From positions 355,176 to 419,175 of the forward strand of contig NMRA01000401.1 in the NCBI GenBank assembly GCA_002633005.1: DNA of 64,000 nucleotides, in the 5' to 3' direction. The DNA is from Phoronis australis. Lineage: Eukaryota; Animalia; Phoronida. The notes under the pieces were generated by a model, which was given only the letters and a program-made list of their open reading frames with translations, made no database searches and was not told the DNA's origin. Positions within the stretch are counted from its first letter, which is position 1. Each line of letters begins with the position of its first letter. This document shows, piece by piece, positions 53,638 through 64,000 of this stretch. The position numbers and the translations under genes were made by a program.

Positions 53638-53812
53638 CTGAAAGAGATTATTAAATCGAGGACAACGTTGACACAATTTCAAATATGGAGGCAAGAACAT
53701 TTAGACTGGCAAGCATCTGTCATTTATTTATTTATGGACAACTGAGTCTTGTAGCGAAATTTCGCCTCATGCGTCTACGCATTAGCTGAACAAAACATGA
53801 AAAATATCAAAC

Positions 53813-54127
53813 CTGAGCGCTCGAGACATAAAGCCTTCACCGTCCATGTATTGACATGAGCACGTGACAGTCACGTGGTATATATGAAACTTCATCTGTT
53901 TATTACAAGTAGAGGATATTAGTTAATAATTAGCCAACAATTAGTGCATAGTATTTAAAACATGTTGATTTAAGAAAGTAAATCAACCATTTCAAATTAT
54001 TATGTCATCTTTCTTTTCAAAAGTATCTGGGTTTGAGACTCGACTAAAATATAGGTTAAAAGTCCATGTCATCCGGGAAACTTTGTGATCACGTGAACCG
54101 GCTTCTCCTTGGCTTGCCCTTCAAAAG
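53813..54127. promoter_or_regulatory. Putative bidirectional promoter of GPR157-like (-) and GAPDH (+) with ChoRE and E-boxes
   Basis: Minus-strand donor at 53812 (CTCAG|GTTTG) and plus-strand donor at 54128 (AAAAG|GTAAGG) after a pyrimidine-rich short exon. CACGTG-acagt-CACGTG at 53861-53877 and TCACGTGA at 54089-54096. Confidence 0.65.
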
Positions 54128-54801
54128 GTAAGGATTGTTGGTCTTGTCTTCTCAGTTTGAGGCTCTTCATCTTAAACTTTATTCAATATTGGTGTTGTTT
54201 TGTTAGCCTATTAGTGAATGATAAATTTTGTGTCTAACTGTGGTGAGGCTGAACGATGACAATGTTTATTTTTCGTAGTCTGACCTTTTCAACTTGCAAT
54301 TTTTTTTTCGTTTAAAAACTGCCAACAAAGCACCGTATTGCCCAACACACAGGCCACGAGTCGAACCCTTCAATTCTAATTTTGTAACACCATTTATTGT
54401 ATTGCTCACAACCATCAGTCGGCCATGGGTTAACCAAAATTAACGCCTTGCATAAGTTATACTAATCTTGAGTCATTTTTAATCCTTGGAAGGGAATTTT
54501 TAGGCAATTTGAATTTCGCATGATGACTGAAGCCAGGCGTGAATTGTGATGCTAAATATTTCCGTAGGTTAATGCCGTTAATGGGGCCGATAGTTGGCTT
54601 CAAAATCGAGGCATAGAGTGTCCTGTAGCTAGGTGATCTAGATAATCATGGAGGTTAAAAAATGTGGTGAAGTAATATTTTATGGTGATTGAGATTTCCA
54701 TGTCACTGCTCGATGTTTAGCTTAACAGCGTGGTCGTGCCATATACTCTGTCTCTGTTGAACTCAGAAAATATCCTCATCAATATCCCCGTAAAAATGCA
54801 C

Positions 54802-55584
54802 GGTAATTGTTTACAATATGACGACAATAAGTTGCACAAATGATTTTGGTATCGTTAGATTCCTCATGCTGTCACCTTTCCAAAAATATATGAATTGATC
54901 CCCTACCGCGTTTCCTTCATATTTTATCGTCGAATTTCAGTTAGCACTATTTCCCGGTGGACACCGCTATGTTAGTTCAACTCAAGATAATAGCGACACC
55001 TATTGTTATTGAATGAAACAGCATCATTGATTCTGAATGGTGGTTGCCCGCGCGAGATTCCCGCTAAAGTTTTCCTGACATAATATGGTGCATGCACAAG
55101 TAGAAGCATTTTACCTTTTCCATTTTTTTAGAATTGTGACCATTCAGTGACCATTTTTCCATGAAATTGTCTGAAGTGATACTTTTTTCACAAGTCTGGA
55201 CCTCAAAAACAATTTCCGCTTTTTGGCAGATTCTTGGTAGCAGATGCGTATATCAGGGTCACCATAGGATCGAATTCGAACCCTTGGTTACGTAACTCGG
55301 GCAGTGGATTGACGGGTCTCGGTCAATTTGAACTTATGAAAAGCGACGATATGCAAGTCGGTAGAGTTCAGTTTTTGACCGCCAGGTGACTCCTTATCCA
55401 TTCAAAATGGCGGTATTACTACCGAGTACCAGGAAATAGTGCGAGCAGAAATTTCACGATAAAAAACTAAGGGAACAGGGTAGGACAAATTTCTACGTAT
55501 ATTTGGAAAGATAACATTGCGAGGAATCGAACGATACCAAAATCATATGTCTAAGTCTTTGTCGTCATATTGTAAACAATTACC
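54802..55584. mobile_element. MULE/Merlin-like MITE with ~90-bp TIRs and a 9-bp TSD in GAPDH intron 1
   Basis: AAAATGCAC|GGTAATTGTTTACAATATGACGACAA ... TTGTCGTCATATTGTAAACAATTACC|CAAATGCAC (TSD 8/9 match). Confidence 0.8.
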
Positions 55585-56410
55585 CAAATGCACCATTGAA
55601 TCTCTAACTCAGTTGCTCCTGCTCAGGGATAACGCAGAGTGTCGCATACACTAGTTAAGTCCGTTTCATGGACCGATCTTTCCTGATTTTTGCCGAACAA
55701 TTCCGACTTATGTCTGTTTACTTCCGGTTGTCATTTAAGCCCGTGTTTGATGTGCGCTGACTGCTTCGAGTGGCAAATACTCTGATTTCACGAAATAAGT
55801 GGAACCATTGTGAACCAAAGGTATTGAAGTTGAATGTAGGATAAAAGCAACAGTAATTTGAGGTTGGGACACACACACAAACTTTAAAAGGAATTTCAGG
55901 GGAATTATTGTTTGACCTTGAAACTCACTGTGGCGACTTGGGATTTTTCTCTGGTCAATATCGAATACAATCCCTAGGCAGATCCAGGGGGGTAAAGGGT
56001 GTCCAGACTCCTCTGTTTCCCAGAAAAGTCCAGAAAATTTAGGTTTGGCTTGAATTTCGATTTCTCAAATATTAGAGGTCCCAATCTGGAGAATGTTCAC
56101 CGTAATTTACTACACATGTGATGTTGACTGTTTAGCATTGATGTTGTAGGGATTATGCTAGTCGTGGAGATATATCATGGGGGACCACTATAGAGACTTC
56201 ATTGCACATACCACGGAATGTTCTTGAACGGTATATGTGTGCATAACAATCAGCGTTGCACTCCATCTACTCCATATGATAGTTGTCTTATTTATGGATT
56301 TCAAGTATTTAAGTCACTGCAGCTGTTACTATTACTGTCATGGTAACAACCTCTACTTATTTCTCTTGCAGTAGCATCTTCCACATCACACCAGTTTTAC
56401 TCTATTCACC

Positions 56411-64000
<7,590 letters not shown>

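Overview
Intron-rich, AT-rich animal genomic DNA, most likely from an invertebrate bilaterian; the species cannot be determined from the sequence. The assembly is a draft with N-gaps and two probable haplotype-overlap duplications. Five spliced protein-coding genes can be rebuilt by hand with canonical GT-AG junctions and consistent phases: PARK7/DJ-1 (-, 5 coding exons, 187 aa), FHAD1 (+, 24 coding exons, ~1369 aa), SLC25A11/OGC (-, 9 exons, 315 aa), a GPR157-like GPCR (-, 3 coding exons, ~345 aa) and GAPDH (+, runs off the right edge). PARK7/FHAD1 and GPR157/GAPDH are head-to-head pairs, and FHAD1/SLC25A11 are tail-to-tail. The most notable observations are: (1) an internally deleted Kolobok-type DNA transposon (THAP transposase stub plus a convergent Cys-rich KolX/P2X7-ballast-like ORF) in a GPR157 intron, with an apparent empty allele next to it; (2) a perfect ChoRE (CACGTG-N5-CACGTG) in the ~300 bp GPR157/GAPDH shared promoter; (3) all five human orthologues lie in the 1p36/12p13/17p13 paralogon; (4) two minisatellites that grew out of splice donors; (5) several MITE families with readable TSDs. 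Most ORFs in the supplied track are spurious or are exon fragments.
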